From Eledone cirrhosa (taxonomy: Eukaryota), in contig OZ024745.1 in the NCBI GenBank assembly GCA_964016885.1, positions 65,906,001-65,970,000 of the forward strand: a stretch of 64,000 nucleotides of DNA, read 5' to 3'. Made by a program: the position numbers and the translations under genes. Shown here piece by piece: positions 40,221-52,944 of the stretch (within the stretch, counting starts at the first letter, position 1; each line of letters opens with the position of its first letter). The notes under the pieces were generated by a model, which ran no database searches, was not told the origin of the DNA, and saw only the letters and a program-made list of their open reading frames with translations.

Positions 40221-43200
40221 CTAAGGCGGGTAAAATTCCCGAGATCCATGGACGAGTTCTCTCCAGCGGTCTCTGTCCCTCATTATCGCTGCCATATCCT
40301 GCATCTCCAACAGACCAGTGTCTGTCCTTAGGGCATCAACATATGTTAACCTTGGTCTTCCTCTTCTAGTGTGTTCATGTAGGGGCTCCCAAAGGAGCAC
40401 AGAGCGCAATGTCAACTCTGGATGTCGGTGAGCATGTCCAGCCAACCTCAGTCTCCTCTGTGTCACTTTTGAGCTGACTTTTGGGATGCTCCCATACAGC
40501 TCTGAGTTTTTCATCCTCAGTGTATACTGATTAATGTTCAGAGCCATCCTCAGCATTCTCGTGTAGCACCCATCCACAATCTGAGTGAGTCTCTTGGTCA
40601 GTGTCCAAGTCTCAGACCCATACAGCAGCACAGACTCCACTACAGCAATGAAGAGGCGGATTTTCAGGTCTCTACGAAGGTCCGACTTCCACACCGATCT
40701 CAAGCTGTGACACGCCGCCCAGGTCTTGCTCTTCCTCTCAACCACATCATCTTCCGTATTCCCAATCTTTGCTCCCAAATACAGGAAGTCCTCAACCAAT
40801 TCCAGCGGCTTCCCGCCTACATTAGTGATCCCCTCTGGCTTCTCAACATTCTCTACCAGATATTTTGTTTTAGTCTCATTCATTCTCAGCCCCACACTGA
40901 TCGACACAGTCTCAACCTCCCGCATCAAATCTTCTGCCTCCTTCACTGTATTTGTCACCAAAACTATGTCGTCGGCAAATTCAGCATCCGATACCTTTTT
41001 CGCCCCAACTCTCCTGCTCTGAGCCGGTGCTACAGTAAAGCCAGTGTCCTGGTGTTTCTCCAGTGCAAGGCGCATACAATAGTCCACTACGATGATAAAA
41101 AGGTAGGGAGCCAATGTATCTCCCTGGAGCACTCCAGCCAGTATCTCAAAGAACTCTGTCATCCCATCAGGTGTAATGACTTAGGCTTTGGTGTTGGTGT
41201 AGAGCAGTGATATCAAGTCCACTATCCTCTTGGGGATTCCATAAGCCTGTAAGATCTTCATCAGGCAGTAACGGTCCACAGAATCAAAGGCCTTCCTAAA
41301 GTCAATGAAAACCATGACCGCAGGAAGGCACTTTGCTCTAGCTCCCTCTAATATCCTCCTCAGCATCAGGATGTAACTGGTGGTTGATCTACCCTCTCTG
41401 AAGCCGTTCTGGTTGTCCCTGAGCTTCTTCTCCATCTCAGGCTGGATCCTGTTAAGAATCATCCTGTTGAGGGTCTTTGCCACAAGTGACGTCAGTGAGA
41501 TCCCCCGGTAGTTGTTGGTGTTAGAGAGATCTCCCTTCTTTGGCACTGGGACGATGTTACTGATGCTCCACTGATTCGGGGCAACTCCTTTCTCCAGTGC
41601 CCCGTTACAGAACCCCAGGATGATATCATCAAAATCACACCTCTTCATCACCTCTGATGCCACTCCATCTTCTCCATGAGCCTTGCCCTCCTTGATCTTC
41701 TTCTTGGCTCTCTGAAGCTCCTCTCTGGTGAAGGGCTCTGTCTCAACATCCAGTTCCTCAAACAGCCGCCTGATCTCCCCAGTGCTCTGGGCTGTGGAGG
41801 GTGGCTCTCCTAGTAGGGTCCTAAAATGGTCTAGCCATTTCCTCTTCCTATCCTCGGGCCCCGTTCCCTGGATCTGACTCGAACACCTTTTCTTCCTCCC
41901 TGTGATCTCGTTGATGATCATCCAGCTCTCCTTACATCCAGATCTGTCAACCGCTCTCTCCACACTTCTGATCTTCTCTATCAGTGCCTCCTCTCTGACC
42001 TCAGTGTAAGCGGTACAGAGCTCTTCCCTCATCACCTCCACAGTCACCATCCTCTCCTCCGTAGGATCAGCATAGAATTGGTCCCTGGCAGCTTTCAGGT
42101 GTTCTCTGGCTGCACACACTTTTGGGTTTGCAGAGCTGACGTGCTTCCCTTTGTTCTTTTTCCTCGGCACCAGGGTTTCACTTGCTTTCGCCACTGCATT
42201 GGTGAAGTGCCCGCACCTCCTCGTCACACTCTCCTCAGTCCATCCAATCTCTCTCTCCTCTGACTCTCCACACAGAGCACTAAACCTGTTTCTCACTTCC
42301 ACTGTGAACCTCTCCTGTAGCTTATCATCTTCCTTGAAAGCTCCCCAGTCATAGATTGTTCTCCGGGGCTGAGCCTTGCTCTTTCTTAAGCTCACGCGGA
42401 CCTCACTCATAACAAGCCGGTGGTCACTACCCAGTGTACTGAAATAGCTGTATGGTTCCGTGTTCAGAACACTATTCCGCCACATTTTCCTCACCAGAAT
42501 GAAATCAATCTGGGACTTGGACAGGTGCATATCTGAGATGTAGGTCCACATCTTCCCCAGATTCTTCCTAAACCCTAGGTTGGTCGCCATCAAGTTCGCC
42601 TCCAGCAGGGTGTCTCTCAGTAGTCTTCCATTTCAGTTGGTGTTGTTATGGAAGTACCAGCAAGGATCTTCACTGCCCTCCTTACTCAGATGTGCATTGA
42701 AGTCCCCCAAAACAAGCAGGATATTGTGTGCCTGAGTGGTGTTGACAGCTCTACACACCTCCTCATGGAACTCCTCGGCATTCACATCACTGTCCCCCTC
42801 GGTTGGACTATAGGCTGAGATGACTGTCAGTCTTGGGTTTCCATTGAAGGTCACCCTCAACACTCGTGGGGAGATAGGCATTATTTCCCTCACCAACAGA
42901 TTGGTTTTTGCACTGAACACAAAACCCACTCCTCCTACTGCAGCATTTGTTGTGTTCTTCACTGCCGATGTAGTGATGAGCTGGCTCTTCCTCCCGATCA
43001 TCACACTCCTCACGAGCTCATTGTGTAGAATCCTGTGTTCTTGGATCGCAAGTATCTGTATACCACTCTCCTCGAACAGATGTCCCAACTCCTCTCTCTT
43101 CTCCAGCGTTCGAATAGTCCTCACATTCAAAGTGCCCATTTTGATGGCTCTTCTGCAGGACAAAACTGCATTCTTTATATTTGTCTCAGAGACAGCTGAT

Positions 43201-43530
43201 CCATCATCCACTGGCCCTCTCTGTGGCTCTAAGCCAGCAGAGTCATAACGACCAGGCTGCTCCTTGACAGTGTAATTAGGGGCTCTAACCCTAGGGCTGT
43301 TAGATCGACTCTCCATATTTCTTTTCAATGGCTGACAATACCTTACCGGCGCCACTCGAATAAGGTAGTTATTTAACCCATAAATGGAGCCCTAACAGGT
43401 ACTACCACCCCGGGCCAGGGCAGACCTGGGAGTCATGACAACTAAGGGGTAACTCCACATTCCCCACATCTCCTGAACTCCCGAACTGGAGCCTTGCCAC
43501 TGGATGTAGTTTAATGTCATACCCAGGAAT
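40221..43530 (-). mobile_element. near-full-length RTE-clade LINE (APE plus RT), one frameshift (about 42630) and one premature stop (41181-41183)
   Basis: GTLNVRT/QEHR/SAYSPT/GDFNAH/SDHR endonuclease; FIDFRKAFDS, GVLQGDTLAPYLF, FADD, LYGSETWTL RT; (TA)n at both ends. Confidence 0.93.
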
Positions 43531-43548
43531 ATATATATATATATATAT

Positions 43549-46500
43549 TCAGGACTCTTCCAACCCTACCACAAACCCAACGAGAACTTAAACTATGTCA
43601 ACGCAAAATCGAACCACCCTAGAATAGTCACTAACGGTATTACCAAAAGCGTCTCGAGTAGAATTTCAGGACTATCTTCCAATGAAGATACCTTAATAGG
43701 ATCTCGAATTACTATAATAGCGCCCTGGAACGCGCGGGGCATAGCGAGGGAATCTCATTCAAACGTCCATTAAATAGTAGAAGCAACATTGCCTGCAATA
43801 GCTTACGCCTAAATAATGACACTCGAGTTAACCGCAGGCGGGAAACGAGGGAGGATTTATATAGACTTCATGTTGTATTGCCGCCTAGTCCCAATGATGT
43901 TGGTACCAATGGAAACATCCACCCAAGTGCTAACACGGGGTCTGAGCAACGTAACGCCAGCGGAAACTATAATGGTAACCTTAATTGTAGAACCGATAAA
44001 ACTACCGCTGAACGCAGTTTGGAACAAGGGTCGAGTAGGGGGAATAGGGACAGGTGTAGCAGACGCATAGTGGATATAACACTGGCTATCAATGGTAATC
44101 CCAATGGCTGCACGGGGGTACACCGCCCTAGAGACTTGGGACGATTCCGAACACAATCGTGACACCCCAGGACACTATCGACCCACAGGAAATTTCCAGT
44201 TACATTAGATCAATAACTACTAGGGAGACAGGTAACTCTAATATAGTTAGTAAGAAGAAGAGGCATCGGACCAGAAAAGTCCTGTGGTATAATCCCCCTT
44301 ACTCCACTGGCCTGACTACTAGTATAGCTAAGCTCTTCTTTAGAGCCTTAGACAAATGCTTCCCTAGATCGCATAGATATTATAAAATATTCAATAGGAA
44401 TACCATCAAACTGTCCTACTCCACAACTAGTAACATAGCTCAGAATATAGCTAAGATGAATTATAATAGACTTAGGACAGCGCAAGAGGGAATTAGGCAT
44501 GGCAGGAACAATGACAGCTCTATGGAGGAACTATCTCATACACGTGAGGCAAGTCGGATCCCCAACCCCAGGGAATTTACCCATAGAGCAGACAGCAGGA
44601 AATGAGACCCGACTCCTAAGGTACCGTGGTCCATCTGGAACTACCCAGGTCGACATCAAAAAATGTAACTGCAGAAGCACCGCCACCTGCCCCATGGCTG
44701 GAAAGTGCCTTACCAAAAACATAGTCTACGACTGTAAGGTCTCCACTCCTGATAGAACCTTTAGATATGTTGGGGCAACTGCCACGGAATTTAAGGATAG
44801 ATGGTATAATCACCACCATACCTTTAATAGATTAGATTAAAAAAATAGCACGGCACTTTCTGAATTAGTCTGGAAGCTTAAACATCAGAATATAGAGCAC
44901 TCCTTATCCTGGTCCATAGTTTGCTCAGCCCAACCTTATAACGGCAGCACTGAGGTCTGCAATTTATGTATAGCTGAAACCTTTAATATTATTAGAGGCG
45001 GCCCCCTATTAATTAATAGGAGAGCTGATTTTTTCAGAAACTACCAACATAGACCCTCGAAAACCTTCCGCAGGATTTTTGGAAGGTAACCTACCACTAA
45101 CTCCTGCCTCTCTACTTTAGCCATAGAGTTCTCTCAATGAACAGACAGTCACACACTCATATAGTTAGACGGCTAAGATTGTTTGCGAACTTACAAACGA
45201 TACTCGACCTGTTTCCACGGAGTTCTCACAGCTGAGTGCACTTTTTTAGAATACCTAGCTAGTAAATAGTTAGATTGATTACACACTTAGAATACCTAGT
45301 TAGTAATTGATTGCACACTCAGGCATGACCGATTACGCGCACCTAACTTTACTTTAAGATACCCTAACCATTGAGTTCTCTCAGTTGGGATATAGCTAGT
45401 CATATTACACACTTAGTTAGGTCCGATTACGCTCTCTTTACATAACTCTACACACAGTACCCGTTTCCTTTAGACATTGAGCTCCCTCAATTACGACTTT
45501 CACGTTCCTACCGACTGAACACTACACTAGGTTTTGATCCGTGATCATCTAACCATGGAGAAATCATTGTTACGGATTGAACAATATTACTTACACACTA
45601 TTAGTGGGCCTACACACATCCTCTGGATTTTACTACCGTGTTTTTTTTACTTCACCTTCTGTGTTGGGTAACACACCACCAGCACTCAAACAACTATCTT
45701 AAAAGTTCATTGGCCCATATGACTGGAATAGCACTTAGTGACGCATTTACCCAATACCCAACCCTACACGGAGCGCCTTGCTGGCCTACACTGCGGTTGC
45801 TTGCATGCACGGATATGGTGACTCGGATTCTCAATGGGACAGCGGTACATACTGAGTTCGATATGAGCTGATTGCTTGCTCTTCACATGGCTGTGTGTAT
45901 ACCCAGACATACCCTTTTTTGGACGATTCGGATGTGTATATACTATAACATACACTTGAAGATATGGATGTTACAATTAAATCTATACACGTATAGCAGA
46001 ACACTGAACTGAACTTATTTGCTTGTGTGTGTGTGTGTATGGGCGTTGGTTAACCCAATATTTCCAATTTGCATCGGTATATTGAGATTTGACCAGTATA
46101 GCATCTGTTGTTTTGTGAACTAACTTTCGGTGAATGCTGTGTTGGTACATTCTTATATTTGTTTCCTTGTATTTTTTTCTCTGACATCGCTTCGGTGGGT
46201 GTGAGAGTATGTGTGTACCCACCCACACTAACTGTGACCTTGTATAATTCTACAGGTATGATACTGTGTTGATGTGTGTATGTATATGTATATATTTCTT
46301 TCTTTGACTTCGAACCGGTGTATTTGGGTGTGCAGTGTGTGTGTACCCACTCACATTAACTATATCCATACAGATTTGATTGATGTCCAGCGTTTTTTGC
46401 AGTGATAGAAATCCGACAACTTTTTTGACCTTAACTGAAGTTATTAGCAGTCGCCGTGTCTCTGACTGGTGTGTTTTCATATGAGGGAATGAATTCTGTG

Positions 46501-46670
46501 AGAGAGCATCGTTATTTTTTCTCCCTCATATCAAGAATTTGAAGACAATTCATTTTCACCTGATGAGATCAGTGATAATCGAACATGGCTTCACAATCGA
46601 TCTATCTCTTATTGAAACATGTGTCGTGATTAAAGGATTGGAATTTTACCTTGCCTTCGGATTTTCATTT

Positions 46671-46672
<2 letters not shown>
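43549..46672 (+). mobile_element. 5'-truncated Naiad-type PLE (family C) with long 3' UTR
   Basis: PYHKPN..YVNAKSNHP, WYNPPYS, NRNTIKLSYS, CNCRx4CPMAGKCL, IVY..YVG..FKDRWYNH; frameshifts and stops. Confidence 0.88.
46556..46629 (+). ncRNA. type I hammerhead with extended stem II at the 3' end of Naiad family C
   Basis: UCAC-CUGAUGA-[47 nt]-GAAAC-AUGU-GUC-GUGA. Confidence 0.75.
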
Positions 46673-46720
<48 letters not shown>

Positions 46721-47126
46721 ATATAAAATCCTTGTGAATTTACACATGTGCTTTTACGAAACTCAGTGTCATTCACAAATTTGGTATAGAGCAAAATACC
46801 GGTTGATAACGTGATATTCCTTGTTCGATCATTATACCTAAAGCTTATAGTTTTAAGCAGACAATGTTATTGATTCAGGTGTCATAGAAACCCTGCATTT
46901 GGATTTTACCATCAATTCCAATGGATACAGGTCAGTTTGTTTTATCATTTATTTTGTTTTGACCTATTTAGTTTGATTTTTTTTCTTGACCACTTTTTCA
47001 GTTTTGTATGGCGTTTTAACATATTGTTTAGCTCTGGTTTTTTAACTATGGACCGCTTGCCAGCATAATTCTGATTTTTGCGTTTTGTTTCGCTTTTTCT
47101 ACCCGCCGAAATGCGATTCTCGCTAA

Positions 47127-47205
<79 letters not shown>

Positions 47206-47327
47206 CGTGTGTAAGTATGCATGTTTGTACGTATGTCTTTATATTTAGATATATATCTATGTATATCATCATCATCATCATCATCATCGTTTAACGTCCA
47301 TCTTCCACGCTAGCAGGAGTTAGACGG

Positions 47328-47357
<30 letters not shown>

Positions 47358-47359
<2 letters not shown>

Positions 47360-47725
47360 ACATAAGAAACAGAGAATCAATGGTGCGGCGAATTAAAATT
47401 TATTAGACATATTACAATCGTTTCTCTGGCGACCAGCTCGAGGCACGATCGATGCGATGATCGAACCTGACTCTGAAATCGCAATATCCTCAGATACGTT
47501 TCGATTTTTCGAAGCAGAGTTTCCAAATCGGAATTGGTTCTATCATCGCATTGATCTGCCTCGAGCTGGTCGCCAGAGAAACGATTGTAATATGTTTAAT
47601 ACATTTTGATTCGTCGCACCACTGATTCTCCGTTTCTTATGTGATATTACACTCTGCTCTGTAAGAGCATCGAGTGCTCAAACGGTCTACCGCATACGAA
47701 CGCTTTAAGCATGCCACGCCAATTA
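47358..47725. mobile_element. fold-back PLE-end fragment (arms about 47358-47468 and 47535-47642) with a minus-strand hammerhead at 47407-47499
   Basis: minus strand: ACGUAU-CUGAGGA-UAUUGCGA...UCGCCAGA-GAAAC-GAUU-GUA-AUAUGU. Confidence 0.65.
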
Positions 47726-47734
47726 TATATATAT

Positions 47735-48372
47735 ATAGGCTTTAAAATGGAATGAGTATAAGAAGAAAGCAAGAACGGCTGGTGAGTTTTTCTCATCAGT
47801 TTTCTACTGGCGTCTCAGATATTTCAACGCTTTATAGACAATATATCTACCCCCAGAGCGTTCAATAACTGGGTAAGCTATTGGGAAAACGGAGGGGGGG
47901 GGGGGAATAGAAGGGAAAAGGGAAAATAGGGAAGAAAATAGAAAAATAGCGAAAAAAATAACAAACGGAAGAAAGTGCGAGCAACTTAAGGTAAGAAAAT
48001 CCAAGTCCACATCGGTAACTGAACGTAAGTTCGAGAACGTGTAGGCGAATGAAGAGACACGTCTGACACCAGCGAGTATAAGTGAGAAAAGGGCTGCTAG
48101 TGGGTCAGGCGAGGGAAACAATTAGGTGGCTGGTAGAGAGAGAGGGCGAGTGAAAGTGAGAGGGGAAGGGAGAGGAAGAAAGAGGATGGAGAGTAGATAG
48201 CAACGAAATAGGTAGGTAGAAGCAACTTAGGTGAGAAAATCCAAGTCCACATCGGTATTGTCTTTAAAGCGTTGAAATATCCGAAACTCCCAGTAGACGA
48301 CTGATGAGGAGACCCCTCCCACCCCCTCCGTCATTGCTTTCTTCTTATTCTCATTCCATCTTTGTAGCCTAC
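47735..48372. mobile_element. unclassified element with diverged inverted ends and internal direct duplication (PLE-end-like architecture)
   Basis: 47735-47845 inverted relative to 48255-48372; GCAACTTA.GGT.AGAAAATCCAAGTCCACATCGGTA occurs twice. Confidence 0.45.
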
Positions 48373-48637
48373 CTTAACTAGCAACTACACAGCCAATCAT
48401 ATTATCTCTCTCTCTATATATATATATAAACATTCATATGTTTATATATACATATGTATATATATCTATCTATCTATGTATGTATATATTGCCAGGATGC
48501 CCAATGGCAAGTGGGCCCCAGGAAAATATCCGGGAAAATATCTTACCTTCTCCAATAGAAAATATTATGTATTTGTGAAATCCAGTGACTTTCAAGAAGA
48601 ACCTTTGTACTTTCACACCCACACACACACACACACA

Positions 48638-48751
<114 letters not shown>

Positions 48752-48785
48752 AGGAGGTTATAGTTCACTTGAAGCACATTCTAAC

Positions 48786-48834
<49 letters not shown>

Positions 48835-48836
48835 TA

Positions 48837-48897
<61 letters not shown>

Positions 48898-49027
48898 GTG
48901 AGTTTTTTTTTACAAAATGAAAAATAACCGAGGTGTCCTACACGAGTGAAAGTATAAAGAAAAAAAGATGAAATCGAAAATGCAACTGGAGTCTTATTTA
49001 AAAAAAATATATATATTTATTTGGTTC

Positions 49028-49063
49028 CTTTACCGGTTTCGCAGTTCTTCTGCTTTTCAAAAG
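49028..49063 (-). ncRNA. minimal hammerhead with U3-A8 core
   Basis: minus strand: CUU-UUGAAAA-GCAG aagaa CUGC-GAAA-CCGG-UA-AAG. Confidence 0.7.
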
Positions 49064-49169
49064 TAGAGTTGAGATGGAGGGTCTGTAGTTTTTCTCACAT
49101 CTGGTTGGTTTCTGAATGTTACTTGTTTTATATGGAAAAAGTGGCTCGAAATGCCAGGTTTTTCGAGAA

Positions 49170-49402
49170 GTAATTTGATTGGTTGGTCAATAATTATAAT
49201 AAATTTCGCGCCAGTTCGCGTTACAAAGTTCTTCAAACAAGGGGGAGGGGGGTCACAGGTTGTTTTTTCATATATGAATGATTGAATTTCTTTTTACTTA
49301 AAAAAAGGGCTCACGAAGGCTTTTTTTTAATAAACGTAATTTGATTGGTTATAAATGAAATTTTGGCTGTCACGTGAACAAGTTTTCATTAAATTTCGCG
49401 CC
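49170..49402 (-). promoter_or_regulatory. duplicated CCAAT-box plus E2F-like module in the Neptune 3' region
   Basis: TAATTTGATTGGTT (ATTGG at 49178 and 49344) and AAATTTCGCGCC (TTTCGCGCC at 49204 and 49394); CACGTG at 49371. Confidence 0.4.
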
Positions 49403-51614
49403 CTTATTTGGAAATCTATTCTGTAGCCTTTTTAGAGAATTTTATGACAAGCAAAACATAATGGTCAAGAGAAATTGGATGGGAGAATTGTTCTGGTTCA
49501 GTGAATATGGTTAGTTCACTGGGGTGTCAGAATTCAGATTTTCTATTGAAGTAAAGAAAGTAAAGATATGTATGTTTATTTGTGTGCTTGTGTGTGTGTG
49601 TGTGTGTATTGGAAGATGATTCTATTAGTAGAAATGGGGGAGGGAGTTGTGTGCGTGTGAATATGTGTGTGTGGGGGGGAGTATGTTAAGATGGAGAGAA
49701 TATATATATATATATATATATTTTTTTTTTTGTGTGTGTATATATGTGTGTAGGAAAGTGATTCTATTAGTAGAAATGGGGGAGGAAGTTGTGTGTGTGG
49801 AGGTGGGGGTTGTTATGTGTGTGTATGGGTGTTATGTGTGTGGGAGTATGGTTAGCATGTTAAGATGAAGAGAATATATATATATTGTGTGTGTGTGTGT
49901 GTGTAGGAAAATCATTCTTTTAGTAGGAATATTTTTGAATGAACATATTTTCCTTACTTATTCGTATTTGTTCTGTTGTATTGTCAGTGCAAACGTATAT
50001 TAAGGTTTATTTAGTTCGGGTTTTTATTTTCTAAATAGAAGGTGTTATGTGTGTGTGTATGTGTCTGTTTGTATGGTTAGCATGTTATGGTGTTGACATA
50101 ATGTATATTAAACCATATTTAATGCTGGTCTATATTTTTGAATAAACATATTTTCCTTATTTATTCGTATTTGTTCTGTTGTATTGTTAGCGCAAAGGTA
50201 AAATGGGAAGACTTGGAATTTGGGTGTCTTATTACTTGCGCATATGTCTAGATATGCGCTTAGTGGTGTCTGTCTCGTGGTTGGATCTCGTAATTGTTGG
50301 CGATGATCTGTCATTCTGTTTCTGAGTGTGATTTTAGTTTGTCCTATATAATCTTCATTGCATCCTTTACATTTAATGGCATAAATCAAATTTTTTGATG
50401 AGCAAGTGAAGTGAATTTTTACAGTAAAATTTTGTCCTGATTTAAATGTATACGTGTTGCCTTCAATGAGGTGAGTGCAGGTTCCACAATTAGAGCGACC
50501 ACATTTTTTGACACTTGGTTGTGGGTTTGTGGTAGGTAATTTAGCATTGGTGAGTAATGTTTTTAGTGATTTCGGTTGTCTTTTGCTTTTGATTATTTTG
50601 TGTGTTTCAAGGGCTTTTTTCATTCTTGGGTTTGTTTTAGTAGTGGGATGTTCTTGTGAATAGTGTGGTAAGCTTCCGCATTTCTTGGGTTGTGTGTTGA
50701 AATATATGATAGAATATTGGATGTAGCTTGAATTTGTTTCTGTTTTCGTAATTCATCAATGGCTATTGCTTTAGCCCTTTCTATTCCATTATTTATTATT
50801 AATGGTGGGTACTGTCTTTCGAGCAGAATTTCCATTAATTCTTGAAGTCTTTTATTTCGCGTTTCATAATTGGAGACAATTGTGCAAATTCTTCTTGCTA
50901 GGTTAAAAGGAATGTTCGTCTTCGTGTGCTTTGGATGGTTGGAGGTGAATAGCAGGTATTGTTTGGAATCTGTTGGTTTGTAGTGTATGTCAGTTTCAAT
51001 ATTTGTGTCTTTTTTTAAGATTAAGATGTCCAGAAATGGGAGTTGATCTTGGCTGTATTCCATTGTGAATTGGATGTGGTTATTGACGCCGTTTATTAAG
51101 TTTTTGAAATCCTTCAGTTGGTCGAGTGTGTGGGACCAAAGAATGAGACAATCATCCAAGTAGCGTTTCCAATTCTCTGATAAATATTTGTGGAAGTTCA
51201 ATCCGTATTTTGATTTGTACTGTTCATATATCTGGACTTCTAAGTATGCCATGAGTAAGATGGCATAAGTTGGAGCGGCTTTTGTACCCATCGCAGTCCC
51301 CGATATTTGCTTGTAAGTACTGCCATCGAAATCAAAAAAGTTGTTCTGCAAGATGAATTTTATTACCTCGGTGATGAAGCTTTTTACTATTCTGTCAGGT
51401 ATCTCATTGGGATATTTCTCTAGCCAGAATCCTATTGCTTCTACTCCGTATTGGTGTGGGATCGTTGTGTAGAGATTCACTACATCGAAAGACATAATAA
51501 TAGTGCCGTTGTTGACATGTTTGGGGATGTGGTTTAAGATAAACATGTCAACGACACTATTATTGTGTCATTCGATGTAGTGAATCTATACACAACGATC
51601 CCACACCAATACGG

Positions 51615-52037
51615 ACTAGGTGTGAAACATGTCCTCCGCTGTTCGTTGTTTTGAATATCTGAGGTATTCAGTAGAGCGCGCGTGCGCGTTTAACGGGGTC
51701 GGTCAAGCAGAGGTCGGCGGCCGAAATAGTTCTTTAAATTGTGGGAGGGGAGGACACGTTTCGAACCTTTCCGACAGACCCCCCTCCCGCCCCCGGAAAA
51801 AACCCAGTTGATGGATGTGAATCCGAAATATATAGGGACAATTAAATCTCTCCCAAGGTAACTCTAACTCGTGTTATTATTTTTATGTTTATCCTTTACG
51901 CTCTTTCCTACATTCTTCTACACGCCACACATCTCAACGTACACTCACTTACATCTCTCTCTTCACCACTGGATCTTGTTACCCGGAGATTTACCCATCT
52001 GCATTGTCGAGGCTTCCAAACGACTTAAAGAAATATA

Positions 52038-52040
<3 letters not shown>
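51615..52040 (+). mobile_element. small non-coding element; its 3' part also occurs inverted at about 5215-5340
   Basis: TGTTACCCGGAGATTTACCCATCTGCATTG..GAGGCTTCCAAA shared; short inverted 5' end; ends in (TA)n. Confidence 0.6.
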
Positions 52041-52125
<85 letters not shown>

Positions 52126-52181
52126 CTATGTGTATATGTGTGTATATATATATATATGTGTGTGTGTGTGTATATATATAT

Positions 52182-52245
<64 letters not shown>

Positions 52246-52804
52246 GTAAGTATATATGTAAGTATATATGTATGTATATATGTATGTACATGCGTATGTA
52301 TATATATATATATACATATATAAATGTGTATATATATATGTGTGTGTGTGTGTGTGTATGTGAATGTGCCTGTTGACACCTGGAATATAGCTTAAGAGAA
52401 ATATGACAATAATGATATGATAGGCACCCAATATTTTGACTAGTTTATAGAATTCTCTTGGCCTTTGTCACTCTAAGTAGAGCTTTAAAGAATTAGCTTT
52501 TAAAGAATTTCCCTTTTCTTTAAATCCATCAACCATGACCGACCCCCTACCTTCTTATAGACATCTGAAATATAGGCATTGTTAGTTTCAGAGAAACTTA
52601 AAAATAAGGAGTTGCACTCCTTTCTGAACTAGTTTATAGAATTCTTTCTGCCTTTGTCACTCTAAATATAAATTATAGCCTTAAAGAAATAGCTTTTGAT
52701 GAATTCCCTTTTCTTTCAACCAATGACCTCGACCCATCCCACTCCCCGCCTTCTCCTACTACCTGAAAAGATATAAATACCAGAACATTTATTTTTGGAA
52801 AGCC

Positions 52805-52855
52805 AGATTTCTGATGATTTCTAAAGAATGAAACAGTTCTAGTCCTGTAGAATCT
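52805..52855 (+). ncRNA. canonical type I hammerhead ribozyme, predicted cleavage after 52849
   Basis: AGAUUU-CUGAUGA-UUUC uaaa GAAU-GAAACAG uucuaguc CUGUA-GAAUCU. Confidence 0.85.
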
Positions 52856-52869
52856 CATCTATATTAATA

Positions 52870-52944
<75 letters not shown>

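Larger units (their letters stand above)
48890..51613 (-). mobile_element. 5'-truncated Neptune-type PLE with short 5' inversion
   Basis: ORFs 50620..51546 (FDVVNLYT, GTAMG, RYLDD, FLD) and 50108..50623 (CGRSNCGTC, NLIYAIKC..C..YIGQT) separated by one frameshift; 51542-51613 is an inverted copy of the RT-coding segment just inside it; pLTR end at 48890-49096. Confidence 0.9.

Noticed and set aside
47785-48310. CTGATGA and GAAA motifs in the inverted ends (type II hammerhead?)
   Set aside because: Could not build consistent stems I-III in either copy.
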